The notes beneath the pieces are model-generated. The model searched no databases. It saw nothing but the letters and a program-made list of their open reading frames with translations, and had not been told where the DNA came from. Position numbers and translations under genes: made by a program. A DNA stretch of 64,000 nucleotides from Chrysomallon squamiferum. Taxonomy: Eukaryota > Animalia > Mollusca. Positions 28,501 through 39,208 of the stretch are shown here, piece after piece (position 1 is the stretch's first letter; each line of letters begins with the position of its first letter). Location of the stretch: assembly GCA_012295275.1 (NCBI GenBank), contig CM022679.1, forward strand, positions 14,632,001 through 14,696,000, in the 5' to 3' direction.

Positions 28501-29927
28501 TTATTTTCCTTCTATTATTTATTTCAGTTTCTTTATTGGAATATACAGTGGCACATTTTGGTGTTTGAAAAAATAGTTTTAACAATTGTGTTTCAAATAT
28601 TGGTAACAAAGCATACAGAATTTTAACAAGTTTATTTCATTTTTTTTTTCCCTATTCGATGATTACTTCCATCGTTTGTCATCAAACTGGCCTTCAAATT
28701 TCTTCAAGTTTTCTTCTGTGTTCTGAAATGACAGTATAAAATAAAGTGTTAAAACAAGTGATTGCATGCTCTGTTAAACACTAGTCACATTTTTTTTTCT
28801 TAATTTTATTTTTTTAAAAAAAAAAAAAAAAGAAAAATAATGTTCATTAAATATTTTATTTTAAAAAATAAATAATAAATAAATAATTTTTTAAAGAAAA
28901 AAGGATACATTTTTGTATATTTTTTTATTTTCACATTTATGGTTTTGTATTTCAAAGTTATTTTTTCACATATAAAATGTTAATGAAACATTTTTACAAA
29001 CCTCTGAGGTGTGTGGTAGAAATACTTTCTTTCCACATGTAGAGGTCAGTTTTAGGATTTCTCTCTGAAAAAACAAAACTTCACATACAGATATCTACAT
29101 CAACAAATACTTCACAGATATCTAGACTGAAAAATATCTAACATTTTTGATGTTATTAAAATTTCATGATAATTACTAATGAAAATTTAGAGAGAGAGAG
29201 AATAAAAATATTTAAAGGACATCCTTTTTATTTTATGTTTTTCTTTTAATTTTTAAAGTACTTTTTAATGTAAATAAAAAAAAAATTAAATTCATTTAGT
29301 CTTCACACAAAACAATTTCTATGTTTTATATTAATTCACTCCAGTGTTTTATTTTATAAAGTCAAACTTTCCAACCCACCGATGCCCAGAAAAAAAAAAA
29401 TAATAATAAATGAATAATTTTAATGATACTTACAACAAGAACCCTGTTAATCGTGTTTACCAGTCCCTCCACGGCTGTTCCACACTCCTCCCTCACACGT
29501 CTGTCATCCACCAGATCGACATTTCGTTTACCTCCCGCATGCCACCAGTTGCTGTAGTGATACTGGGAGCTGCACTGAGGTACAGCCAACATGAGAGCAA
29601 CCAGCAGGAAGAACCAGTTTAGATAGTGTGGATGATGCCATTTTTACTGTGTCTGTTCTAGAAATAAAAATAAATAATATATATATATTTTTTTTTTTAT
29701 AACAGCTATAAATGTTTGATCCATTTGAAATAATTAGAAAACTTCCTTTTTATATAAATTTCTATTTATTATTATTTTTTAATTTATAATATTTTTTTTT
29801 TAGTATTACTGTTATTATTTTTTTATTATTAAGTTCCTTTTTTCTTTCTGTTTAAAAAAACAAATAAAGCCAGAATTATAAAAATAATAATTTCAGATCT
29901 GATTGTGAGTTTTCGAATCATTTAGAA

Positions 29928-29973
<46 letters not shown>

Positions 29974-32900
29974 TTATTTTTTTTTTTTTTTTTTTTTACA
30001 ATTTCATTGCAAAGATTCTTTTTGGACTGTTGATTACAATGTCATATTCACTACATCATATATCAGTGTCAGAAAGTAATAATATAAAAAGTATTCTTGT
30101 TATGAAAGTAATAAATAATAATGTACCCTTTTACCATGATTTGATATCTTGAGAAACTGTACAGCATATAAACCATGTACGTTTTCTCATCATTTTTATT
30201 TAAATTAATATGTTATATGTTTGTTATTAGCAATATAAGGAACATGTGACTATTTAGTTATAAATATTTTTTTTCTGTTTTCGCTATTTTTAAAATGTTT
30301 GTTTGATTGTTTTTTATTCATTAAATGACATATGTATACTTGTTTAAAACTGAAATCTTTTTCTTGAAGTTAAAAATACTATCTTTGAAATCTAAAATTT
30401 TTAACAATGCATATTAAAACTTCTTTAGTAGAACAAAGAAAACAATGAACCAGTATCTAAATCATTAGCAAGTTGATAATATGTTTACGTTTTTGTGAAA
30501 AAATTTACCTGGAAAACACCTTTAGATTTTATCTAAAAATATATTTTTTAACTTAGCTTTTTAAAAAAGGTAACCCAAAATAATTATGTAGAATTTCTTC
30601 TAAATCTTTATTTAATGGTTTTTTTTTTTTAAATTGGTCATGTTTAGATAACTAGTATATACATGGAATTTTTTTTATCCATCTTCCAAATACAGAAAAT
30701 TTATAATTTATATAAGTTCTAAACCAAACTCAAAAAACATAAAAAAAAAAAAAGTCTTATATAAAAACTGAAAAGAAAAAAAGAGAAAAATTTGGAAAAG
30801 ATATTTTTTAAAACAAATTGTAAAAATCAATTTTAATATAATTCATAAAAGAAAACTTTCAAAAACCTTGAAAAGTAATTAACAAAAAAAGAAAAAAAGA
30901 ATTAATGATTTATTGCCAGGCCAAAAAAACAAATTTAAAATTTTTAAAAAATTAGAAAAAACTGAAAACATTATTACTCACCAGTTTGTAGTGTCTGATG
31001 GATTCACTAAGGTTTCCAGTAAAAACAATGAACACTTTGCTGATCGGCTCCTCTTTTTATACAAAAATTTTATCCGTCTGCAAAAGTTTTATTTAATGAG
31101 AAAGAAAATTCAGGAAATTACAGTGTTTTCCACCCCAAAGCTATATTCCTTTCACCTGTAAATACATTATTTGGTGCTGTTTTGCATGCCAACTGTTCCT
31201 GGACAGACTCTGGGGGCTTCCAAAGATGGATGGCATTTGACAGATGACAAGATGGAGACAGGACTGTTAAGGGTTGGAGCTAGCACCAGGTTCAATGTAA
31301 TTACAGCACAGTCCATCCCCTGGCAGATAATCTGACAAGTGTTAATAAACAGGAAAAGCACGACAACGCACAGACAGTTATTTGCACCGTTTGCGTTCGT
31401 CTGTAAAACGTATGTGTGTAGGAGTTAATCTAGAAGATTCATTATTACTTCAAAAGAAAAAAAAAAAAAAAATATTATTTTAATTTAAATTTTTTATTTA
31501 ATTAATTTTTGTTTTTTCTTTTCACCCTTGTGCAGATATAATTAGTTTGAGTTACAAAAAAGAAAGGTTTGGATAATAGGTGATCAGATTGTTTGTGGAG
31601 TTTTAGTGTATTGTTTTTAGTTTTCATTTAATTTTCCCATTAGAAATTCCTCCTCCAAGTATACTTAAAATCAGAGTATTTTGTTTTTGTTACAAAAATA
31701 TGTCCATATTAATAATAGATAATTAATTGGTGGGCGAGTTTCTGTAAATTACATTTTTTTTTGTTTTTCATTGTAATTACTAGTTTTCCATTTTGAAATT
31801 TCTTCTAAAAATATTCTTTAAGTGGTTTTTATGTTTTATGTAATGCACTGGCTAATTCTGTAGACTTAATTTTTATTTATTTTTAATTTATTATTTGTTT
31901 TATTTTTTGCTCTCTCTGGTCCCTTCGAGCTGTCATCCATTTAATCCAATGCCCTTTTATCAAAGACTGTGGTAAATTCATTCCTGTCTAGAGGAAGGTA
32001 ACTTAAAATATTTCTTTCTGCTGATTGATAAAAGAATAGGTCACATGTGGCTGTAATGAATTTCTTCTTATCATGATATATAAAAAAAAATAATTTGAAC
32101 ACTTAAACATTATTTAATATAATGAATTTCTTCTTATCACGATATAAAAAAAAAATAATTTCAACACTTAATTATTACTAACATAATGAGTTTCTTTTGA
32201 TCCTAACATACCAAAGAAATAATTTCTACATTTATTTATTATTAATATTAAAATAATGTTTGTCTTTCAACATTTAGATGTGATTTGGCTGACAAGTTTT
32301 AGCTGTCTGTATTCAGAGTTCATTCTGTTGGTTTTTCCTTCACTTGTAACTTGATTCGCAGACCCACGTGTTTCATATCAAAACTCTTTACTCTAACACT
32401 TTAAACTTCATTCATTCAGGGTCTCAGGAGTTTTTAAGGTTATTTTAAAACCAGACACAAATTATTTCACTAAGCTTATATCAGTCTGTTTATTATTCAA
32501 CGTCCTTGGTTTAAAGCTCTAGGTTTAAACAAGTCATCGATTTCTTTAATTCCGTATTTTACAGTTGGTTGTTTTGAAAGATGCAGGTTGAGGTTGATGT
32601 AGTGATTGTAAGGTTGAGGAATTACAGTTTGAGGATGTTTAGTAGAGTTTTGAAAGTGAGAAATTTAGGTTGATGTTGGTAGTGTTTGGAATGTCAGAAA
32701 TTTTGGCTGAGGGTGGTAGTGTTTTGAAGGGATTAATATGAGAGAGGTTTGGAATTTCACTAATATCACTGTTGTTTTGAACATTTGGAGGCTGAGGATG
32801 TAATTAATGTTGGAAATGTTTGAAGACGATGTCAGAAGTGTTTGGAAGGGTTGAGTTAAGGATGACAATGGTTTATGGAAATGTTGAAATAGGGGATGTC

Positions 32901-35900
32901 TCTAGGGGATTATTTGTATTTGGAAGCATGGGTGCTGAGGATGTCAGTAGTGTTTGGAAAGTTTAGAGGTTCAAGATGTCAGTTTTTGGAAGTATGTAAA
33001 TTGAAAATGTCAACAGTTTGAAGGGTTGATTTTAATGATGTCAGTAGTATTTGGAAGAATTCAGCTTGAGGATAAGAAGGCAGTGGTGTTTGGGTATTAG
33101 AAGATGATGTTTGAGTTTAAGAGGGATGTTCAGTTGTTGTTTTGATTTAAATTAAGAGAAGAATTGTTTTTATGTATTTGTTACAGACAGGTTATGTTTA
33201 AATACTCAGACACAGACACAAAAACATACACTCACTCACATACACACTACATGTTCTTTAACTGTGTACTTTCTTTATGCATCTAGCAATAATAAAAGTG
33301 AAAAACTGCCCACTCATTGGCTTTATTGAAGTATCATACAGGATAACAGCTTTTGTTAAATTTTACAAAAGTCACTGTGTATATTTAAACTGAGTAAAAC
33401 ACAGAGTACTGAGAAACATTACAGTATCATTTTTTTTTCTTTCTAATGTAGTTATTTAAATACTGTAAAATAAATATAGTTATTTGAATGCAATACTGAA
33501 ACAGTTTTTGTAAATTCTGTATTATGTGCAAGAAGCTGCAGTGTGTAATTTTGTGTTACAGAGAAACAGAACTGTTTTATCTGTCTAGTTTTAATTAGGT
33601 TTAATTCTGTTACATTATGTGTTTGTTTCAGAGTTGTGAAGGTACAGTGAAGCACAAAACAGATATGGTTGGAAAGCTGGAAGAGAAGACAAACCAACTC
33701 GTTCACACACTGAAAGAAATGGAGAAGAGGTGAGTGCATTTTTAATCTTTACCGTTCAGCTGGCTAAGTGACTTGTTAAATGACAATGCAAATGTATACC
33801 AGCAAGAACATTCCCTTGGTGAGCAGTGCAGGGCATGGCTACAGTTGTTTCAAACTAATGTTCAGATTTTGTTTTTTCACCCAAGGCTAACAGATTCAGT
33901 TGTTAAAATGTCTGGGAAAAGCAAGCACCAAGTTTTATCCCATTAGTAGCTGCTTGTCTGTCAGAATTGTTGAGAAAGAATGATCATCTTGACAGCATCT
34001 TGTGTTAAAAAAACCTAAGAAGCAAGCAGTGCCATCCCTTCAGACGTCTGCCTTTCAAAATTGTTTAAGCAAAACATACAACAGAGAGAGTGTTCAAATA
34101 ATATGATTTTTGGTTAAAACAGTCAATAAGAATGAAGCACCAGGTTTCAAAACTGTCAAACCTTGAGTTTCTTGTGTAGCAAAATTATAATATGAAAGAT
34201 ATGAAAGAATGTTCAAGAAACAAAATATTTTGTTAAAAAATCTATAAGAAGCAAGCACCAGCTTTCGAATCTGTCATTCCTTCATTCACTCGCTTGCCAA
34301 AATAGCTTAAACCAAACCAAACAGTATCGTGAATCGACAGCATCTTATGTTAGAAAATAAGTCTAGTCACATAATGAGATTTTCTGTGAAAAATATCTGT
34401 ATGAAGCAGGCATCATGTTTCAAAATAGTCATCCCTTCAGTGGCTTGCCTGTCAAAGTTGTTTAATCAAAACAAGCATCGGAGATAAAGGTCAACTAATA
34501 AGCTTTTTTTTTTGTTAAAAAATGTCTATAAAAAGCAAGTATTGAGTTTCAGAACTGTTATCCCTTCAGTCACTTGCCTTTTGAAATTGTTTAATCAAAA
34601 CTAACAAGAGAGAATGGTCAGCTGAGAAACTGCGCAATCAGTCATTGTTGGTGGATGCTCTGGGCCTGTGACTGGGTATTCCATTATTACTGATGACGTA
34701 AGCGACACAAGAAAGACAAAAATTTCATCTTGCAGTCAAATAAATCTCTAAGCTGATGAAGTATTTTTCTCATTATCCATTACGGTTTTTGGTGTTGCTG
34801 AACTTCTTGCTAATGCTTTTCAAGCAGTGCAGTTTGTTGGTTTAATGATAATAATGAAATATTTTAGTTAAGGCTTTGTGGACATAAGGGCAGTTGTCAT
34901 ACAATTACATCTTTTATTTTTATGGTGTAAGTTCTCCTCATTCATCACCTAAACCTTTTCTTTCTTCCAGGGCACTGTGATAGTAATTTTCTTTAACTTT
35001 TATTTGTTATTTTTATAAATTTATTGCCTTTTTAATGAATAATAATAAGCATTAACAGAATAAAAATATTTAATAAATAGATGTCACCAAAATGAAAAAC
35101 ATTTTATACATTTAAGGAGATGGACATTTATGCTATTCCTTTTCATAACTTTTTTTTAATAAATGATAATTGTCATAAAGATGATAATTATTTAATTATA
35201 AAACTGAAAGATATATATAAAGTTTCAGTGATCAAATTCAATCAAATAAAATAGGTTACAAAATGCCATTGTTTTTACTGACATTATTAACCTGAAATGA
35301 ACTGACAGAAATTAAAAATAGGTTTATTTTTTCTGATTAAATTTAAATAAAGAGTCAGAAATAATTAATAAAAATTATAATAATAATCATTGTTTTATCA
35401 CACTGACATTATTAACTTGAAATCAACTGAGAGAAATTCAGAAGAACCTTTCTTAATGATTTAAATTTAATTTAGAGTCAGAAATAATTAATAAGAATTA
35501 CAATACTCAAATTATCATTTTATCTCATTAACATTATTATTAACTTGAAAAGAATTGATAGAAATTAGTAACAATTTGTTGTTGTTGTTTTTTTAAAATT
35601 AATTTTAATAATATATCACAAATAACTAATATGAATTACAGTATTTAAATATCATCATTATAATTTTATCATCACTAACATTAGATCATTTCACCTGTGT
35701 ACTGACATTTACCTGGTTTACCTGTACTTATTCGTTGTTGTGTTTACCTTGGTGTATTATGATTTGTTTTATTATTTAGTTTGCACTGGTTTGTTTGTAG
35801 CCGCGCAGTCCATTCATTTTTGTATCATTTTTCTTTTGCATGTTCTGTTCCACCCGCTCTTGGCCTCTTGTTGCTTGCTGGTGTAGATTAAAACAATGCG

Positions 35901-36242
35901 AGTCTGATAAACTAGCAGCTGAAGAAACAGCTCGAAAACTTGGCCAAATAATTGCAGAAAAAGATAACAAGCGGTAAGCGAAATTACTATTATTTTTCTT
36001 TTTTAAAGCATGAGTCAAAATTTGGTTAAGAAGTTTTTTTAGTTTTCTGGTAATAGGAATTTAAAAAAATGAAAAAAATAAAAGAATGAATGTAACTCAG
36101 AATTCACTTACCTGATATTTGGAGTTGATTTCTAACAGTTTGGATAAGCTTAAATATTTTCAGATTATTAAAAAAAATTTCAAAAATATAACTTACATTT
36201 AAATTTATAAGATTTCTAGTTTGCGTTTTGTGTCCCAGAATG

Positions 36243-36276
<34 letters not shown>

Positions 36277-39208
36277 AAAAGCAAAATTTATAAAATAAAT
36301 CAATCTTTCAAGATAAAAGATTAATTTATAAAATTTCTGAAAATAAAAATAGATTTGCAGTTCTAAATGCACTCCAAAATTCATTTGTTAATTTGTTTTT
36401 ATATTCAACTGACATTATTTTAAGTTTTTATTTAGTTATTTTTTATCTTGCAGTTATTTTAGTTTTTATTGTTCTGTGTTTCAAAATAGTCTTTATCATT
36501 TAACCATTGTCTATGCACATTTGTGATCATTATAATTAGTTTTTTTAATTTTTGCATTTTGGTTTTTCATATTTCATTAAACAGGTAAGCCAGAAATAAT
36601 AAACCACAATCAATAACATTTGTTAAATAAATAAATAAATAAATAAATAAAGCAGCAGAAATATATAGATTACATATTAAGAGATAATATTTATTTATAT
36701 ATTTCTCTATGCAAAAATATATATAAAACATAAGTTTGTAAGGGCCATTTGTTGCTGTCCCAGAGTGAACACAATAAATAAACTGTATTTAATGTACATA
36801 AAGAGCCATGTTGGAGACTGATCTGCAGATAGAAGCGAGAGTGGAGAACGACATTGCAGAAAGGTTTGGAAGAGGAGAAACTCAGGGGAAGTGAAATCCT
36901 TCTGGAGCTGCAGCAAGCTAAAGAACTTCAGAAGGTAAACCATTGTTTGTTTTAGTCAAGATTATTTCCAGTTTTTATAAAAATAATCTATCTTAGTGAG
37001 TGATGACAGCAGCCAAGTGTTGAGAGGACAAAGTCTGCAAGGCTTGAAGAGCTAACGATGTACTGTTTGTGTGAAAACACATACAATTATTTCTGTTAGT
37101 TGAAATAGAAGAACAGTAATCTGGGTCATTGGTTACAGAGATGGTTTGAGATTTAATAGATACAAGACACATGTTTTTTCTTTGATTAGTTCCTAGTCCA
37201 CTGACTGATTAATTAAAAGCTTGTAGTTTATTCTCTCCTGTCACTGGGAAGGTACATATTAAGGATGCATTGTTGCAAATCAGTATAAACAGCTCATACT
37301 GTGATGGCAGATGTTTCCTCTTAAAAAATTATTATTATTATTATTATTATTTTTATAAAGAAACAATGTGAAGGAATCATTTTCAAAAGCCTTTGGTAAT
37401 TTTGGAAATTATGTGGTTTTGTTAAATAGTTTATGATATTAACAAATTACATTGTTTGGTTAAATTAATGTTAGACAGTTATAAGATTCTGTAGTTTTGT
37501 TGTGTTTGTTTATGATAAATGATATGATTTTCTTTCAGAGTTATAATGAGTTAACCAGAAAACATGAAATGCTCAATCGTACTTGTGAGGAACAAGAGCA
37601 GGCATTAGCAGAAATAGGCTCACACCTCAGCGAGTGAGTATTTTTCATTGTCAGTAAGTTCACACCTTACTATTTTTCATTGTCAGTTATTTCTCACCTT
37701 CATATTTTTCATTGCCAGTAAATTCACACAGTATTTGTCATTGTCCACAAGTTCTCACCTTCATATTTTTCATTGTCAGTAAGTTCATACTTTTGCAGTT
37801 TTCATTGTCAGTATGTTCACATATTATTTTTCATTGTCAGTATGTTCACATATTATTTTTCATTGTCAGCAAGTCCCATCTTCATATTTTTTATTGTCAG
37901 TAAGTTCATACACTACTTTTCGTTGTCAGTAAGTTCACACAGTATTTTTCATTGTCAGTAAGTTCACTGTCACTAAGTTCACACCTTATATTTCATTTTA
38001 ATGGATATTTTTTTTTGTCAGCAAAACACTACAATGCTTACAGTTTAATGAGTATTTTCAGTAACAAATACAAATTTATAATTGCCATATAAAAGTACAT
38101 GTTGGTAATTATAAAAGTGTTGGTTGGTAATTGCTATAAAAGTACTTGCTGGTGATTGTCATAATAGTAGACGTTGATTACAATAAATGTGTATATTGGT
38201 AACTGTCTGAAAAGCACAGGTTGGTAATTATCATAAAAAGTCCAACTCAATACAATAATGTTTTTCTTTTCAAATTGATTAGCACTTCTGTTTTTTGGAA
38301 TGTTTTTTTTTTTTTTACTATTTACATCATCATACTTAATGAGGGAGTATATAGAATCTGGATTGTTTGGTTCACATCATGTACAGATTTTTCATTATTA
38401 TTTGAAAGGTTTTTATTTTTTATTTTTTTTTTTTTTTTATTATTAACTAGCCCTGAATTAAAAATGACAGGGATTTATAGCATAGTCTTACAGATGTTGT
38501 TATTTTTCTCTTCAGCTCCAAGTTGAAAGTTGAAGACATGAGGGAAGCGACTATGCAGTTGAAAGAGGCCCAGTGGGAGAGTGACGAGGCAATAAAACAA
38601 TGTAAACAGTGCAATAAAGATTTCTCTATTGCAAGGAGAAAGGTAATCTTGTCAGTGTTCATGTATCTGCCACTCAGTCAGTGACTTTAATTCAGTTTTC
38701 AAAGTTTGTGTTATGTGGTTTCTAAGGGTAGATCCATTTAACTGTTCATTTGCTGCTAAGAAAAAAATTAACATGTAACTGCACAGGAGGTTTTCTAATT
38801 CCTTATTTGTTTGTGATGTGATGCCATTTAATAAAATTACATTCATTTTATGATTAATTTCATTAACATTTCAGATTTCTATCAAAAAAAAAAATATATA
38901 TAATAATAATAATAATAATAAATAATAATAATAATAATAAAATAAAATAATAAAATAATAAAATTAAAATTGAATAATAATTAATAATAATAATAATAAT
39001 TAATTAAGAGATTATAAACATAAATAAATAAAAAACCCAATTAAATAATTAGAATTTTATTTTATTTCAGCATCACTGTAGGTTCTGTGGAGGTATTTTC
39101 TGCAATGAATGCTCTGACAACAAAATGCCTCTGCCGTCTTCATCTAAGCCTGAACGGGTCTGTGATAACTGTCATACACTTTTACTAAACAGATACTCTG
39201 CCACGTAA
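13232..39208 (+). CDS. RUFY2: RUN and FYVE domain-containing protein (RUFY1/2/3 family), 16 coding exons, ~660 aa after correcting one apparent +1 indel
   Basis: Exons: 13232-13421, 19194-19364 ([28 protein letters not shown]), 20137-20254, 22347-22451 ([14 protein letters not shown]), 23588-23711 ([12 protein letters not shown]), 23985-24052, 24635-24709 ([15 protein letters not shown]), 25114-25285, 25872-25988, 26625-26792, 33632-33729, 35887-35973, 36804-36934 (one extra base near 36833-36835), 37539-37633, 38516-38642, 39071-39208. FYVE motif RRKHHCRFCG..C..C..RVCDNC spans the last two exons. GT-AG and phases are consistent except for the exon-13 indel. Confidence 0.93.
16162..16291 (+). 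CDS. RUFY2: Alternative first coding exon (1b) of the RUFY gene, RUFY3-like N-terminus
   Basis: gccATGG start; [43 protein letters not shown] then G|gtatgt. It ends in phase 1 like exon 1a, so it splices in frame to exon 2 (19194). The motif matches the recalled vertebrate RUFY3 N-terminal ETIYLC.FRVS.DGEWLCLREL. Confidence 0.85.
18232..18352. repeat. Compound (AAG)n/(AAGAAT)n/(GATAAT)n/(AAT)n simple repeat
   Basis: Directly visible. Confidence 0.9.
18961..19158. repeat. ~94-bp tandem duplication just upstream of RUFY exon 2
   Basis: TGAATATTTAAATAAATATTTCTACTAATATTATTGTT.. at 18961 and again at ~19055, with few mismatches. Confidence 0.85.
20266..20645. repeat. Degenerate (AAT)n/(AGT)n trinucleotide tract
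   Basis: Directly visible, begins just after RUFY exon 3. Confidence 0.85.
25271..25646 (+). repeat. ~65-bp tandem repeat (~6 copies) overlapping the RUFY exon 8 donor
   Basis: Unit ACAAAACAGTTAGAGGTAGACTGTCAGAGATATTTCACATTTTAATTAATAAAA..TATTACTA repeated with variants. Confidence 0.85.
28663..29641 (-). CDS. GnRH/corazonin-family neuropeptide precursor (~109 aa), nested antisense in RUFY intron 10; apparent +1 indel in the signal peptide
   Basis: Coding exons: 29434-29641 (exon starts at acceptor 29657; aaaaATGG), 29002-29064 and 28663-28722. Corrected translation: MASSTLSK(L)[16 protein letters not shown]|[84 protein letters not shown]. The layout (signal peptide, Gln-initiated peptide, Gly-Lys-Arg, two-Cys associated peptide with I.R.L..EI....TC) is typical of molluscan GnRH/CRZ precursors. 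Both introns GT-AG, phase 0. Confidence 0.85.
30982..31029 (-). other. Probable non-coding first exon of the GnRH/CRZ-like gene
   Basis: Strong donor CTG|GTGAGT at 30982/30981. The exon begins at the Inr-like TCATTG (~31029). The next minus-strand acceptor used is tttctag at 29658. Confidence 0.6.
31026..31061 (-). promoter_or_regulatory. TATA box plus initiator of the nested neuropeptide gene
   Basis: Minus-strand TATAAAAAG at 31061-31053 and Inr-like TCATTG with +1 at ~31029, i.e. canonical ~-32 spacing. Confidence 0.6.
32570..33120. repeat. Degenerate G/T-skewed minisatellite (~30-35 bp unit)
   Basis: Recurring GTTTGGAAG..GTTGAGGATGTCAGTAGT-like units with strong strand skew. Confidence 0.6.
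33900..34625. repeat. Degenerate ~100-130-bp tandem repeat in RUFY intron 11
   Basis: Recurring AAGAAGCAAGCACCAG..TGTCATCCCTTCAG..GCCT..CAAAATTGTTTAA.CAAAAC blocks, about 5-6 copies. Confidence 0.6.
35270..35650. repeat. Degenerate ~125-bp tandem repeat (~3 copies)
   Basis: Recurring CTGACATTATTAAC.TGAAAT.AACTGA.AGAAATT and AGAGTCAGAAATAATTAATA blocks. Confidence 0.6.
37190..37321 (-). mobile_element. Degraded interspersed (SINE-like) repeat, inverted copy
   Basis: Reverse complement reads AGAGGAAACATCTGCCATC...TTTGCAACAATGCATCCTT...ACCTTCCCAG, similar to 46629-46697. Confidence 0.4.
37638..37995 (+). repeat. ~29-31-bp minisatellite (~12 copies) directly after the RUFY exon 14 donor
   Basis: Unit TATTTTTCATTGTCAGTAAGTTCACACCT and variants. 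Confidence 0.9.
38085..38242 (+). repeat. ~25-bp minisatellite, copy block 1
   Basis: ATAAAAGTACA.GTTGGTAATTG units; same family as 39790-40210. Confidence 0.7.

Noticed and set aside
31167-31361. 64-aa minus-strand ORF upstream of the neuropeptide gene
   Set aside because: GTG start, no recognisable family, and it lies upstream of the TATA/Inr; better explained as promoter sequence.
35801-35886. Upstream alternative acceptor for RUFY exon 12 giving a truncated hydrophobic tail
   Set aside because: The 86-nt extension shifts frame to an early stop; no support beyond a single TAG.
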